Assembly (NCBI GenBank): GCA_964463005.1
Contig: CAYWZZ010000001.1
Location: 30,952 to 94,951, forward strand
DNA length: 64,000 bases
Reading direction: 5' to 3'
DNA from: an uncultured Candidatus Bathyarchaeia archaeon
GTDB lineage: Archaea > Thermoproteota > CALKCG01 > B24
Shown here piece after piece: positions 29,954-39,439 of the stretch (position 1 is the stretch's first letter; the number at the start of each line of letters is the position of its first letter). A program made the position numbers and the translations under genes. The notes below the pieces were generated by a model. The model made no database searches and was not told the DNA's origin. It worked only from the letters and a program-made list of their open reading frames with translations.

Positions 29954-31021
29954 CTATTCTACTTTTATGGGTAAGTTTCCATATTCCCATAAGATTCTAG
30001 TGACGGCCTCTATGCCTTTCTTGAAATGAGCTGGATGAACGTCTTCAGTTACGCTTATGATGTATCCAAAGCCCGGGGCCATTTCCCTTAAAAGATTTTT
30101 CGTATATGACTCTATTTCTCCTTTACTTCTAAGGAAGACTTCTTCCGGAAAATTTATCCATATCACTTTGTCCCTCCAAACTTTTCTAGCTTCAGTTATA
30201 GTTAGATCCCCCATTGGGGGAGGTGTGAAGGCTTCAATAGCGTCTAATTTCGTCTTAGCTATAAGTTCTTTTAGCGTCTTCAATCTACCGTCCATGTGAG
30301 ATATAACGTATTTCCCAGATCTCTTTAAGATCTCCGCATATTTGTTATAGTATGGTAGGCAGTATTTCTCAAAAAGTTTTGGAGAAACCATAACTCCATC
30401 GATGTTATCACCAACTCTAACTATCTTAGCAGGGGATTTAGCTATGATAGAGTACATCTCCATATACTTTCTATCTAAAGCATCTATGAGCTCGTTTATT
30501 TTATCCATATATTTCATTTGCATCAAAGCGAAGTTTTGAAAACCCATAAAGTTCACTATGATCTTCATCAACGGTGTGTAATCCCCACCTACTGTGACTA
30601 TACCGTCGCCCTCTAGCTCTTCCTCAATTTGCTCATAAATGTCGTATTGAGGTTCATAAATAGTGTCCTCAACAATAAACTTCACAATATCTATATCTTC
30701 AACCTTCTTTATCGGATGCTCCACTATCCAAGAACCTTGTCCTTTAAACTGGAAAGTTAAACCAGTCCTATACTTGGAGTACACTTCTCCTATAGGCGTA
30801 CAGTAAACTATGTACGTGTAATTCCCCATAGTTTTAGATTCTACTTTAACATTAGGCGTATAGGATTTGTAAACGCTACATCGCACATCTAAACCTAAAC
30901 CCATGTTACGCATTCTACGTTCAAAACCTCCCCTAGGTAGATGGTTTGAATATATGAGCCAAGGTATTTTATCGGCAACTCCCCCTTTCAAGGTTAAGTA
31001 TACTCTCTCAGCCACATCCAT
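29954..31021 (-). CDS. Hypothetical protein, possibly uroporphyrinogen decarboxylase (URO-D)-like TIM barrel
   Basis: 355 aa. C-terminal ...HMDGRLKTLKELI...DAIEAF... resembles the URO-D/MtaA family. Low confidence. Confidence 0.3.
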   Translation of the reverse strand: MDVAERVYLTLKGGVADKIPWLIYSNHLPRGGFERRMRNMGLGLDVRCSVYKSYTPNVKVESKTMGNYTYIVYCTPIGEVYSKYRTGLTFQFKGQGSWIVEHPIKKVEDIDIVKFIVEDTIYEPQYDIYEQIEEELEGDGIVTVGGDYTPLMKIIVNFMGFQNFALMQMKYMDKINELIDALDRKYMEMYSIIAKSPAKIVRVGDNIDGVMVSPKLFEKYCLPYYNKYAEILKRSGKYVISHMDGRLKTLKELIAKTKLDAIEAFTPPPMGDLTITEARKVWRDKVIWINFPEEVFLRSKGEIESYTKNLLREMAPGFGYIISVTEDVHPAHFKKGIEAVTRILWEYGNLPIKVE

Positions 31022-31126
31022 ACACGATCAAATAGTATTGTAGAGAGTAGAATTTAAGAGCTTTTGATATTGTAATAATGAACATAACACTTTTAAGCAT
31101 ATATGCAAAATCTATTTCAGTAGACT

Positions 31127-32155
31127 TTGGGAATAGATTTAGGAGATCTCATAGTTAAAACTCCTTTAACCTTTGAACAGCTTTCAGGCAAATCCATAGC
31201 CGTAGATGCGTATAACGCACTATATCAATTTCTCGCCATAATAAGAGGCCCTAGCGGTGAGCCTCTTAAGGATAGGACTGGTAGAATTACCAGCCATTTA
31301 AGTGGGTTGCTCTACAGAAGTTGCGCGCTAATGTCATACGGTATTAAACTAGTATACGTTTTCGATGGAAAACCTCCGACAGAGAAGGAAATCGAAATTA
31401 AACGTAGAATGAAGATCAAAGAGGAGGCTATCGTAAAATATGAAGAGGCGTTAAAAGCAGGAGACTTTGAAAGCGCTAGAAAATACGCTCAGGCTACGGC
31501 AATACTTAAAGATGATATGGTTGAAGATGCTAAAAGACTCTTATCTTACTTAGGTATTCCTTGGATTCAGGCACCATCAGAAGGTGAAGCGCAAGCGTCA
31601 TATATGGCTTCTAAGGGTCACGTATGGGCGGTGGCTTCACAAGATCATGATTGTCTACTATTTGGAGCCCCTAGGCTTGTTAGAAATCTCGCAGTAACTG
31701 GTAGGAGGAAACTTCCTGGGCGAAAACTCTACGTTGAACTACAACCCGAACTCATCGAACTTGAAAAGGTTCTTAAGGCAAATGCAATAACTAGAGAGCA
31801 ACTCATAGATATAGCTATTCTAATAGGTACAGACTACAATCCAGATGGCGTTAAAGGTATAGGTCCTAAAAAGGGTTTAAAACTCATAAAAGAGTATGGA
31901 AATTTGAAAACTCTGATAGATGAACGCATCATAGATCCTTCAAGTTTTCCAGTAGACCCAGAGACTATAAAGAAGAGGTTTTTAAATCCCGACGTTACAA
32001 CGGATTATGAGCTTGTATGGGAGGAGCCGAAAATTTCAGATGTTATAAAGTTTCTATGCTATGAAAGGGATTTCTCTGAAAGTAGAGTTAAGAATGCATT
32101 GGATCAGGCGATTAAAGCTTTTAGGGAAAAATATAAGCAGAGGCGTCTATTTTGA
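31127..32155 (+). CDS. fen1: Flap endonuclease 1
   Basis: MGIDLGDLI...IAVDAYNALYQFL... XPG-N/XPG-I motifs, 342 aa. Confidence 0.9.
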   Translation: MGIDLGDLIVKTPLTFEQLSGKSIAVDAYNALYQFLAIIRGPSGEPLKDRTGRITSHLSGLLYRSCALMSYGIKLVYVFDGKPPTEKEIEIKRRMKIKEEAIVKYEEALKAGDFESARKYAQATAILKDDMVEDAKRLLSYLGIPWIQAPSEGEAQASYMASKGHVWAVASQDHDCLLFGAPRLVRNLAVTGRRKLPGRKLYVELQPELIELEKVLKANAITREQLIDIAILIGTDYNPDGVKGIGPKKGLKLIKEYGNLKTLIDERIIDPSSFPVDPETIKKRFLNPDVTTDYELVWEEPKISDVIKFLCYERDFSESRVKNALDQAIKAFREKYKQRRLF

Positions 32156-32331
32156 CCCTTAATGTTTCCACGCTTTAAATTGAAGTATTTTATCACGTTT
32201 ATGATAAGGCGATGGAGGGGCGCGATATTTTCCATGCAGTTTGCTATGGAAAAAACTTTCATAGAAAGCATTAGTTTTAAAAAGCACTACGATAAACATC
32301 TTTTATAGAGAGGGGAGAAAATGAGCGGTGA

Positions 32332-32415
32332 AAAATATAAGTGTGAAATATGCAATAAGGAATTTCCAAGTAAGAAAAGCCTTGCCGCTCATAAGAGGGT
32401 GCATAAGAAAAAGTA
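32332..32415 (+). CDS. Small (28 aa) C2H2 zinc-finger protein
   Basis: Absent from the ORF track (shorter than 60 aa). ATG...TAA encodes MSGEKYKCEICNKEFPSKKSLAAHKRVHKKK, a canonical C-x2-C-x12-H-x3-H finger with a basic tail. Confidence 0.45.
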
Positions 32416-32497
32416 AACCCTAAATTTCTCCCATTTTTTATTGCAATCTACATTTTTAAATGCTAAGTTTTTCAAAACACTTTTATCTTTGTAAAAT

Positions 32498-32515
32498 ATT
32501 TTATAATTATAAAAT
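32498..32515 (+). promoter_or_regulatory. Perfect 18-bp palindromic TATA element ATTTTATAATTATAAAAT upstream of the MIPS gene
   Basis: Centred about 24 nt upstream of the TTG start at 32530. Consistent with a leaderless archaeal promoter. The dyad symmetry could also bind a dimeric regulator. Confidence 0.35.
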
Positions 32516-32529
32516 TTGAGGGAGAAATA

Positions 32530-33720
32530 TTGACTGAGGTAAGAACTCTAATACTTGGAGCAGGTTACGTAGCTACTTTCTTCACAGTTGGCCTTGAAAG
32601 GTTGAAAAAAGGTGAGATTAAACCGTATGGAGTGCCATTAGCTGACTTCGATATAGGCGTAGGTATTGATGATATTAAAGTCACAGCATGCGTCGATGTT
32701 GACGCTAGAAAAGTTGGAAAAACGATGTACGATATTGCAAAGAAATTTTACAAACTTAAGAACGTGCCAGTTACACTCAAAGATGTAGCCGTTTATCCCG
32801 GAGTAGAAATGGGGTTTGTTAGAGACCTATTTCCGGTAAATTCATTAGATTATGGAGGAGATTTTCAGCGTTCCGTTGAAGAAATGTATGCGTTTATCGA
32901 AAAAGCTAAACCAGACGTAATAGTGGATGTTACGACGACTCAGTATTCTAAACCGTTTAATGGATATAGACGTTTAGAAAAAGCAGTAAAGAGGGGTAAA
33001 GTCACTCCAACACAACTCTACGCATATTTAGCACTAAGACTTATGGAGGAGGGGGAACAACTTGCTTATGTTAATTTGATTCCGACTCCCATAGCAAATG
33101 ACTATGCGTATATTTTAGCAGCTAGAAAGTTTGGAGGACTTATATTGGGTGATGATGGTGCAACAGGTGCAACCCCCTTTACAGCAGATATGTTAGAACA
33201 CCTTAAAGAGAGAAATAGGAGAGTGCTTGGTCTAGCTCAACTGAATATAGGGGGAAACAGCGACTTTAAATCTCTCCTCAATGAAAAAAGGAATAGAGCT
33301 AAAGAGTATACGAAAAGCAGTGTAGTTAAGGATATACTTGGCTACTATATACCTAGCTATATCAAGCCTACAGGTTTCCTTAGTTCTCTGGGTGATAAAA
33401 AGTTCGTCTCAATACATGTGGAGTATGTTTCATTTAACGGCGTTAAAGATGAAATTGTAGTTAATATGCGTATAAACGATAGCCCAGCATTAGCCGGATA
33501 CATAGTCGATTTAGTGAGGCTTGCTAAATTGGCTTTAAATGCTGGCTTCTATGGGACAATATATGACATTAATGCTTTTTATATGAAAAAACCCGGGCCT
33601 CCAAATTCAAGAAACATAGCTCGAATACTCGCATTTGAAAGGTTAAAGTCATTCATCAAAACAATAGCCGATAGTAATCGATTAAACATTCAACAGAATG
33701 TATGTTGGAAAAGCCCGTAG
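32530..33720 (+). CDS. myo-Inositol-1-phosphate synthase (archaeal type)
   Basis: 396 aa. N-terminus (LILGAGYVATFFTVG) and length match archaeal MIPS. Confidence 0.7.
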   Translation: MTEVRTLILGAGYVATFFTVGLERLKKGEIKPYGVPLADFDIGVGIDDIKVTACVDVDARKVGKTMYDIAKKFYKLKNVPVTLKDVAVYPGVEMGFVRDLFPVNSLDYGGDFQRSVEEMYAFIEKAKPDVIVDVTTTQYSKPFNGYRRLEKAVKRGKVTPTQLYAYLALRLMEEGEQLAYVNLIPTPIANDYAYILAARKFGGLILGDDGATGATPFTADMLEHLKERNRRVLGLAQLNIGGNSDFKSLLNEKRNRAKEYTKSSVVKDILGYYIPSYIKPTGFLSSLGDKKFVSIHVEYVSFNGVKDEIVVNMRINDSPALAGYIVDLVRLAKLALNAGFYGTIYDINAFYMKKPGPPNSRNIARILAFERLKSFIKTIADSNRLNIQQNVCWKSP

Positions 33721-33796
33721 AGAATAAAGGCAATGCTACTGTGACCGCTCTAGAATAGTTTAAAAGCTTTGAGTAGAAAATTAAAGGAGGGTTTAA

Positions 33797-34882
33797 ATGG
33801 AGAAGGTGAAGTTTGGAGTCATAGGACTTAAAGGCATAGGTATGACCCACATAGAAGCAATAAGAAGATGTGAAGATGCTGAGTTGATAGCGGTATGTGA
33901 TATTGTTGAGGGGCTCGCTAAAAACGTTGGAGAAAAATATGGAGTTAGATGGTTTACAGACTATAGGGAGATGGTCGCGCTTAAAGATTTGGATGCTGTG
34001 TGCATATGTACTCCACACTTTCTACACCATCCAATGACACTAGATGCTTTAGATGAGGGGAAGCATGTTCTAGTCGAAAAGCCGATGGCTATAACAGTTA
34101 GAGAAGCTGATGAGATGATTGAAAAAGCTAAGGTTAAAGGGCTTAAGCTTGGAGTAGCATTCACGTATAGGACAGCACCAGCCTTAAAAAGTGCAAAGGA
34201 TATGATAGGGAGAGGAGAGCTGGGTAAGCTACTTAGAGCTACACTTGAGGTTGCAAGCTACCGTACTCAACTCTATTACGAAGAATCTCCATGGCGTAAA
34301 AGCTGGAGAACATCTGGAGCTGGCGTTTTGATAAATCAGACGATCCACCACCTAGATGTAATGTACTGGTTTCTTGGGAAGCCTAAGAAAGTTTCAGGTT
34401 TCATAGATACAAAGTTGCATGACATCGAAGTTGAAGATTTAGCGAGTGCTATAGTGATTTTTGAAAATAACTGCCATGCGACTATTCAAATGAGTCTAGT
34501 TGATAGCCCCCAATTTGAGAGAATGATTGTGAGCGGGACCAAAGGCAAAGTCGTATTAGATTTTGGGTCACAATTGAAGATCGGTATATCTGAACCGGAT
34601 GTTGAAACACATATTAGAACTTCTAAAGAACCCTGGAGTAGGCCGAGCGCGAGCTGGAAGGAGATAACTATGCAAAGAGGTGGAGGACATAGCGATATTA
34701 TTAGAGATTTTACTGAGGCCATTAAATACGATAGGGAACCTCTAGTACCTGGTAAAGACGGCATATGGTCTCTTGAAATCGTTAATGCAATAATTTTATC
34801 AAACTTCACGGGTAAAGTCGTTGATATACCTGTTGATAGGGAAATCTACGAAAGGCTCATGGATAAGCTTAGGAGCGGTTAA
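33797..34882 (+). CDS. Gfo/Idh/MocA family oxidoreductase (inositol/sugar dehydrogenase-like)
   Basis: KFGVIGLKGIGMTH...VEKP motifs. Immediately downstream of MIPS. Confidence 0.8.
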   Translation: MEKVKFGVIGLKGIGMTHIEAIRRCEDAELIAVCDIVEGLAKNVGEKYGVRWFTDYREMVALKDLDAVCICTPHFLHHPMTLDALDEGKHVLVEKPMAITVREADEMIEKAKVKGLKLGVAFTYRTAPALKSAKDMIGRGELGKLLRATLEVASYRTQLYYEESPWRKSWRTSGAGVLINQTIHHLDVMYWFLGKPKKVSGFIDTKLHDIEVEDLASAIVIFENNCHATIQMSLVDSPQFERMIVSGTKGKVVLDFGSQLKIGISEPDVETHIRTSKEPWSRPSASWKEITMQRGGGHSDIIRDFTEAIKYDREPLVPGKDGIWSLEIVNAIILSNFTGKVVDIPVDREIYERLMDKLRSG

Positions 34883-34897
34883 AACATACCTAATGAA

Positions 34898-35900
34898 CTA
34901 TTTCCACATCCTAGGATACGTGTTAGGCTTCATTATTACTCTTTCAGTTTTAACAGCTACACCTTTTTCTCTTTCAAGCATTTCCTCACTTGTCATCAAA
35001 GCTTTACCTAAAGCTACAAGTTCACCCTTAAGAGTAAATATTGCCACTAGATCATCAACTTCTATATCAGAGTTTAGCCTTACAATACCAGGTAATGCTA
35101 GACCTGCACCGTGACATATAGCGTCAACCGCTGTATCGCGGATCCAAATCTTCGGTATAAGAGCGGTAACCTCTTCCACAGGCTGAACGATAGACCTGAG
35201 TGGTTTTTCATCCCCAGCCCTATATGCTTCGACTGCGCCAACCAGATCCCTCAACGACGTTAAACCTCTATCTTCAGCAAAAGGACCAACTCTGGTCCTT
35301 CGAAGCTCTCTCATATGCGCCCCACAGCCTAAAACCTCGCCCATATCGTGTATCAATTTTCTGATATATGTGCCTGCTTGACAGCAGACTCTTAAAAGTA
35401 CATGACGCTTATCAACCTCTAGCACATCTATGTAGTAAATTCTCCTGGTTCTAAGAGCTTTTTTAACAGAAGATCTTAGGGGAGGCTTTTGGTAGATATC
35501 GCCCTGAAACTCTTCAGCAACTTCCCTAACCCTGTCCTCGGAAACATCATCATGAAGCTTCATTACACATACGTATTCTTTGCCTCCAGTCAATAGAACT
35601 TGGAGAACCTTTGTAGCTTCATTCAACGCTATAGGCAGTACACCAGTAGCGGGGGGATGTCTCCGAGGGAGACTCTAGAGTCCCCCCGTGACCAGCTTTC
35701 TTAACGTTCATAATCCTCTTAACGGTAGCTGTTACATCGTGACTCGTAGGACCAGCTGGTTTATCTAAAATGATGACTCCATATTCTAGATGTTCATCTA
35801 TGGTTCTTTTCCAAGGCGGTTTACCGTAAGCTTCATTTGTCTCTTCAAACGTTTTGTAAAGTACTTCTCTTTTAATTTCCCAAGGCGGTTGTAGCCTCAA
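34898..35900 (-). CDS. cbf5: H/ACA RNP pseudouridine synthase Cbf5 (TruB family), interrupted by a putative 16-nt BHB intron
   Basis: N-terminal exon (35675-35900) ends ...[10 protein letters not shown]-terminal exon (34898-35658) starts [17 protein letters not shown]... with TruB and PUA domains. Removing 16 nt restores the universally conserved GHGGTLDP motif. Confidence 0.8.
35659..35674 (-). other. Putative archaeal bulge-helix-bulge intron inside cbf5 (boundary ambiguous by 1-2 nt)
   Basis: Coding strand reads GGGGGGACUCUAG|AGUCUCCCUCGGAGAC|AUCCCCCC. The insert forms a GUCUC/GAGAC hairpin, and the flanking exons pair G6A/UC6. Confidence 0.55.
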
Positions 35901-36184
35901 ACAATGACCCCCTTTTTAGGTTTTAGACTCGTCTCGAATAATTCCCGTAATCCAGCCTTTTCAATAGCCTTTATCACTTCATCATCAGTTGCTCCTCTAG
36001 GTATCTCTAGTTTATAAGGAGTTGGCTCTATATGCTTAATATTTACTCGTCTCCTTTTAACACCACTGATCGATTTAGGTCCAGTTATTAAAACGAAGTT
36101 TTCATCTATCACATCTACTACAATGCACTTCTTACCCGCTTCTCTACCCATGGTTTTAACGCAAACTCGACCTACTTCTATCAT
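35897..36184 (-). CDS. rpl14e: 50S ribosomal protein L14e
   Basis: KOW-like [23 protein letters not shown]... Confidence 0.85.
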   Translation of the reverse strand: MIEVGRVCVKTMGREAGKKCIVVDVIDENFVLITGPKSISGVKRRRVNIKHIEPTPYKLEIPRGATDDEVIKAIEKAGLRELFETSLKPKKGVIV

Positions 36185-36216
36185 GGTAGAACCACCGTTT
36201 AATTCACAACAAACAG

Positions 36217-36768
36217 CTACTTGTTTTTAAGTTTAGCATACTCATCTATTAACGTTTTCAAAACTCTGAAGACGGAGTCTGCTGGAAGCCTATCGGTGTT
36301 TAACACGATGTCATATATACTGAGGTTTTGAAACTCTATCCCGTAGAATCTACTGTATCTGAGCCTATCATTAGTCTCTCTACGTAAGGTCTCTTCAGCA
36401 ACTTCTTCGATAGATTTTCCTTCACGCTTTGCTAACCGTTTAAACCTAACGTCGTCTGAAGCCGTTAAGAATATTTTAACGTCGGCCAATTCGCCAGCCA
36501 TCCAGGCTGCTAAATCGCCCTCTAGAACGACGGAGCCTTTTAAAGCTTCCTCCCTCGTTCTAGAATCTATATAGTTGTCCAGTTTAGGGTCATTCTTAAG
36601 CTTCTCCGAGGCTTCAGCCAAGTTTAAACTTTTCCGTTTACAGTATTCGCGGAACAAATTCCCAGCTGAAACATACCTGAGGTTAAATGCCGAAGCTATC
36701 ATCTTAGCTTGAGTAGATCTACCAGCTCCATGCAGACCACTAACGGCTATTACAAGGTTACTGTTCAA
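36217..36768 (-). CDS. cmk: Cytidylate kinase (archaeal CMP kinase)
   Basis: [21 protein letters not shown]-loop. In the conserved position after L34e. Confidence 0.85.
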   Translation of the reverse strand: MNSNLVIAVSGLHGAGRSTQAKMIASAFNLRYVSAGNLFREYCKRKSLNLAEASEKLKNDPKLDNYIDSRTREEALKGSVVLEGDLAAWMAGELADVKIFLTASDDVRFKRLAKREGKSIEEVAEETLRRETNDRLRYSRFYGIEFQNLSIYDIVLNTDRLPADSVFRVLKTLIDEYAKLKNK

Positions 36769-37033
36769 TGCTTGATACCACCTCCTTAATCAGGAGGCGT
36801 TTGAGACAATTGTGGCATATACTTCCTCCGTGAAGTCTTGAAACGGTCCTCTGACTCTTAACCGTATCACGACGGATACCGTGTAATATACCACCGCATA
36901 AGCCACAGTAAGCCACATTAGACTTTCTCTTTACAACCCTTGTAATAGATTTTCCACTTGGGAGCTTGACTTTCACTTTAGGTTTTGCTAGGAGACTTTT
37001 CATCACTACCCACAACCTCCGGAGACGTTGGTA
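36758..37033 (-). CDS. rpl34e: 50S ribosomal protein L34e
   Basis: ...AYCGLCGG...SICHNC... zinc-ribbon. Start placed at MKSLLAKPKVKV; the long ORF's N-terminal extension overlaps the upstream gene. Confidence 0.75.
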   Translation of the reverse strand, partial: YQRLRRLWVVMKSLLAKPKVKVKLPSGKSITRVVKRKSNVAYCGLCGGILHGIRRDTVKSQRTVSRLHGGSICHNCLKRLLIKEVVSSIEQ

Positions 37034-37532
37034 TAAATGATACACCCATAAGCTTAGATATCGGAAGGTTTGATGCGAAAACGCATATTGTGTACCATAT
37101 GGGTATGTTAATTGGCGTTTCAAATGGGAAAGGAACCAATATCGCGTAATTTGAGCCAAAAATACCGTAAAGTATTGAGAAAAATATCCAGAAGATAAAC
37201 CAGAACACTGCTATTCTGATAATAAATCTCGTGAAAACTTTCGTACCGAGGCTTCTAATTATGGGCTCTTTTTTCCTAATTTTTATTAAAATTTTCTTAT
37301 CACTTTTCAATTTATACTCTTCTAGTAACTGCTTATATTCGCTGAACTCTTTCATATATTGTCTCTGAAGCGCTTCATCCATTATGAGTTTATTTATAGA
37401 AATTGATAATAGACCCATTAATAAAGAAAAGCATAGGATAAGAAGGGATCCCATTCCCTGACTAGCAGTTAAAGGTTTTAAAGGGCTCAGAAGCTCTACA
37501 AACATGTTTATAAAAGCTTCAAACGGATTCAT
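36978..37532 (-). CDS. DUF106/EMC3-like membrane protein (putative insertase homolog)
   Basis: Three hydrophobic segments with a coiled-coil loop. Sits in the conserved position between secY and rpl34e. Overlaps the rpl34e start by about 55 nt. Confidence 0.6.
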   Translation of the reverse strand: MNPFEAFINMFVELLSPLKPLTASQGMGSLLILCFSLLMGLLSISINKLIMDEALQRQYMKEFSEYKQLLEEYKLKSDKKILIKIRKKEPIIRSLGTKVFTRFIIRIAVFWFIFWIFFSILYGIFGSNYAILVPFPFETPINIPIWYTICVFASNLPISKLMGVSFIPTSPEVVGSDEKSPSKT

Positions 37533-37538
37533 AATGCA

Positions 37539-38963
37539 TCACTTCTCAAGAATGGGTCTTAAAGCAGGATACATCTCTACAACCCTCTCCTGAACTAGAA
37601 GCTGATAATACTGGTAGGCTATGTCTACGGATAATAGTACACCTGTACCAGATCCGAACACATTAAATAGGTCGGATACCACCGCTATAAACCCTATGAG
37701 CGCCCCTCCGAGAATCGCAACAACTGGAATATACTTACTCATCACAGATTCGACGCTTTTAACGGTCCGCCTTCTACCTGGTATTTGAACACCAGCATCT
37801 ATGAGCTGTTCAGCTACATTCTTAGGCCCCATTCCACCGACTTCTATCCACATGATTGAGAAAACGATGCATAAGGATACAAATGCTACTATGTAAACTA
37901 TCGTCCTAATAGGATCTTCCATAGCTGATGTGAGGTTTCTAGGTGATGTCAAATAGTATGCAACGCAACCCTTTAGTGGCTCCATGGTCTCTGGGTCAAA
38001 TTGAGCCATAATGTTTAACCAGATGTTTTGATTTGAATAATTAAACCTTGCCCAAATAAACCTCAATCCGACGAAAATGTTGGCAATTAGAGCTGACGTG
38101 AATATAACAGGGATAACCGAGACATATAAGAGTTTAAGTGGAAACCTGGCTCTGAAGCCTCTAAACCTTGCGTAGGATATGGGTATTTCTATTCTAACCC
38201 CTTCCAAATACATTATCACTAGAAAAGTTATAACAGTCGATATAAAACCGATCATGTTGGGCGGATTTTCTGTACCACTCCTCACAAATGCTTTAACAAC
38301 ATCTTCTCCCTTTATGAGACCTTCTATGAAGGCTGGAAGAGCCCCGAAGAGTTTTCCATCGTTAGCTATCCCAGGCAGAGGGGAGAAGCCAAACCACCAT
38401 ATTTGCTTAGCAACACCAGCAAGTATGAAGAGGCTTATACCGCTTCCCAAACCCCACTTTTGAACCATTTCATCTAAGAGTATTACAATTATACCAGCGG
38501 CTAGAAGCTGAACAAAAACCAATACACCAGCCTCTATGGATAGTAAGCCGTAAACCCCACCTAAAATGTATACAGCAGCTTGGAAAATGGTCATGAGTAT
38601 GCTCATAAATCTGTTAGCCGTTGTGTAGAGGACTCTATCCTCTGGATTTGAAAGGTCACATTCTACAATTCCAGAACCGACTAAAAGTTGTAGGATTAAA
38701 CCCCCGGTAACTATTGGCCCTATACCTAGCTCCATAAGTGTTCCATGTGTAGAGGCAAATATGACTCTAGCAACTATGAGCGGGTCATACAACCCCCGGT
38801 AAGCTATACCGTATAGGGGGGTTTCGCTCATAATGTAGTATATTAAAAGGGCGAGAAACGTCCATAAAAGCTTAGAGGAAAAACTAACCTTTCTTTCAGG
38901 CTTTTTAACTTCAAACATTAACCTTGAGAAGGGTCTGAAGAAGTTTAGAAACTTACCCGGCAT
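37539..38963 (-). CDS. secY: Preprotein translocase subunit SecY
   Basis: 474 aa, 10 TM helices, downstream of rpl15. Confidence 0.9.
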   Translation of the reverse strand: MPGKFLNFFRPFSRLMFEVKKPERKVSFSSKLLWTFLALLIYYIMSETPLYGIAYRGLYDPLIVARVIFASTHGTLMELGIGPIVTGGLILQLLVGSGIVECDLSNPEDRVLYTTANRFMSILMTIFQAAVYILGGVYGLLSIEAGVLVFVQLLAAGIIVILLDEMVQKWGLGSGISLFILAGVAKQIWWFGFSPLPGIANDGKLFGALPAFIEGLIKGEDVVKAFVRSGTENPPNMIGFISTVITFLVIMYLEGVRIEIPISYARFRGFRARFPLKLLYVSVIPVIFTSALIANIFVGLRFIWARFNYSNQNIWLNIMAQFDPETMEPLKGCVAYYLTSPRNLTSAMEDPIRTIVYIVAFVSLCIVFSIMWIEVGGMGPKNVAEQLIDAGVQIPGRRRTVKSVESVMSKYIPVVAILGGALIGFIAVVSDLFNVFGSGTGVLLSVDIAYQYYQLLVQERVVEMYPALRPILEK

Positions 38964-38969
38964 AAATCA

Positions 38970-39416
38970 TCAAACCTTAACCGTTATTATTTCTCCACCA
39001 GCCTTCTTAATCTTCTCAGCAGCATTCTCAGTAAAACTGATCGCTTTAACTATTACTGGAGTTTTTAGCTCGCCCCTTCCTAGAAGTTTACCGTACCCTA
39101 GAAGCGGTAAGTCTATAACGGGTTTACCATTTTGAAGTTCAACTTTCTCCAGCTTTGACAGTATATCCGTGAGTTCTCCGACGTTAATCTCTTTAAACTT
39201 CAACTTAATCTTCTGCATAGGTGATTTAAAACCCCTCTTGCCAAAATGGTTTGGAGCGTATTTAACCGTCCAAGTCCACTTATGTTTATGTAAGCCAGCT
39301 TTACCGAAACCTCCTCTCATACCACTTTTCCTATGCTGACCTACTTTACCCCAACCGCAGGTTCTAGATCCTCTAAGTTTTCTTATCTTGCGGAGTCTAG
39401 TTGGCATGAAAGTCAC
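38970..39416 (-). CDS. rpl15: 50S ribosomal protein L15 (uL15)
   Basis: ...RGGFGKAG... glycine-rich signature. Confidence 0.9.
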   Translation of the reverse strand: MTFMPTRLRKIRKLRGSRTCGWGKVGQHRKSGMRGGFGKAGLHKHKWTWTVKYAPNHFGKRGFKSPMQKIKLKFKEINVGELTDILSKLEKVELQNGKPVIDLPLLGYGKLLGRGELKTPVIVKAISFTENAAEKIKKAGGEIITVKV

Positions 39417-39439
39417 CGGTTTTCGAGAGAAAAAGGAGA

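Noticed and set aside
35659-35682. The GACTCTAGAGTC palindrome (contains an XbaI site) as a cloning linker or assembly artefact
   Set aside because: It is flanked by G6/C6 runs that are themselves the natural codons for the conserved GHGG and DPP residues, and removal of exactly 16 nt restores the Cbf5 motif. That fits a BHB intron better than an artefact, though resequencing would settle it.
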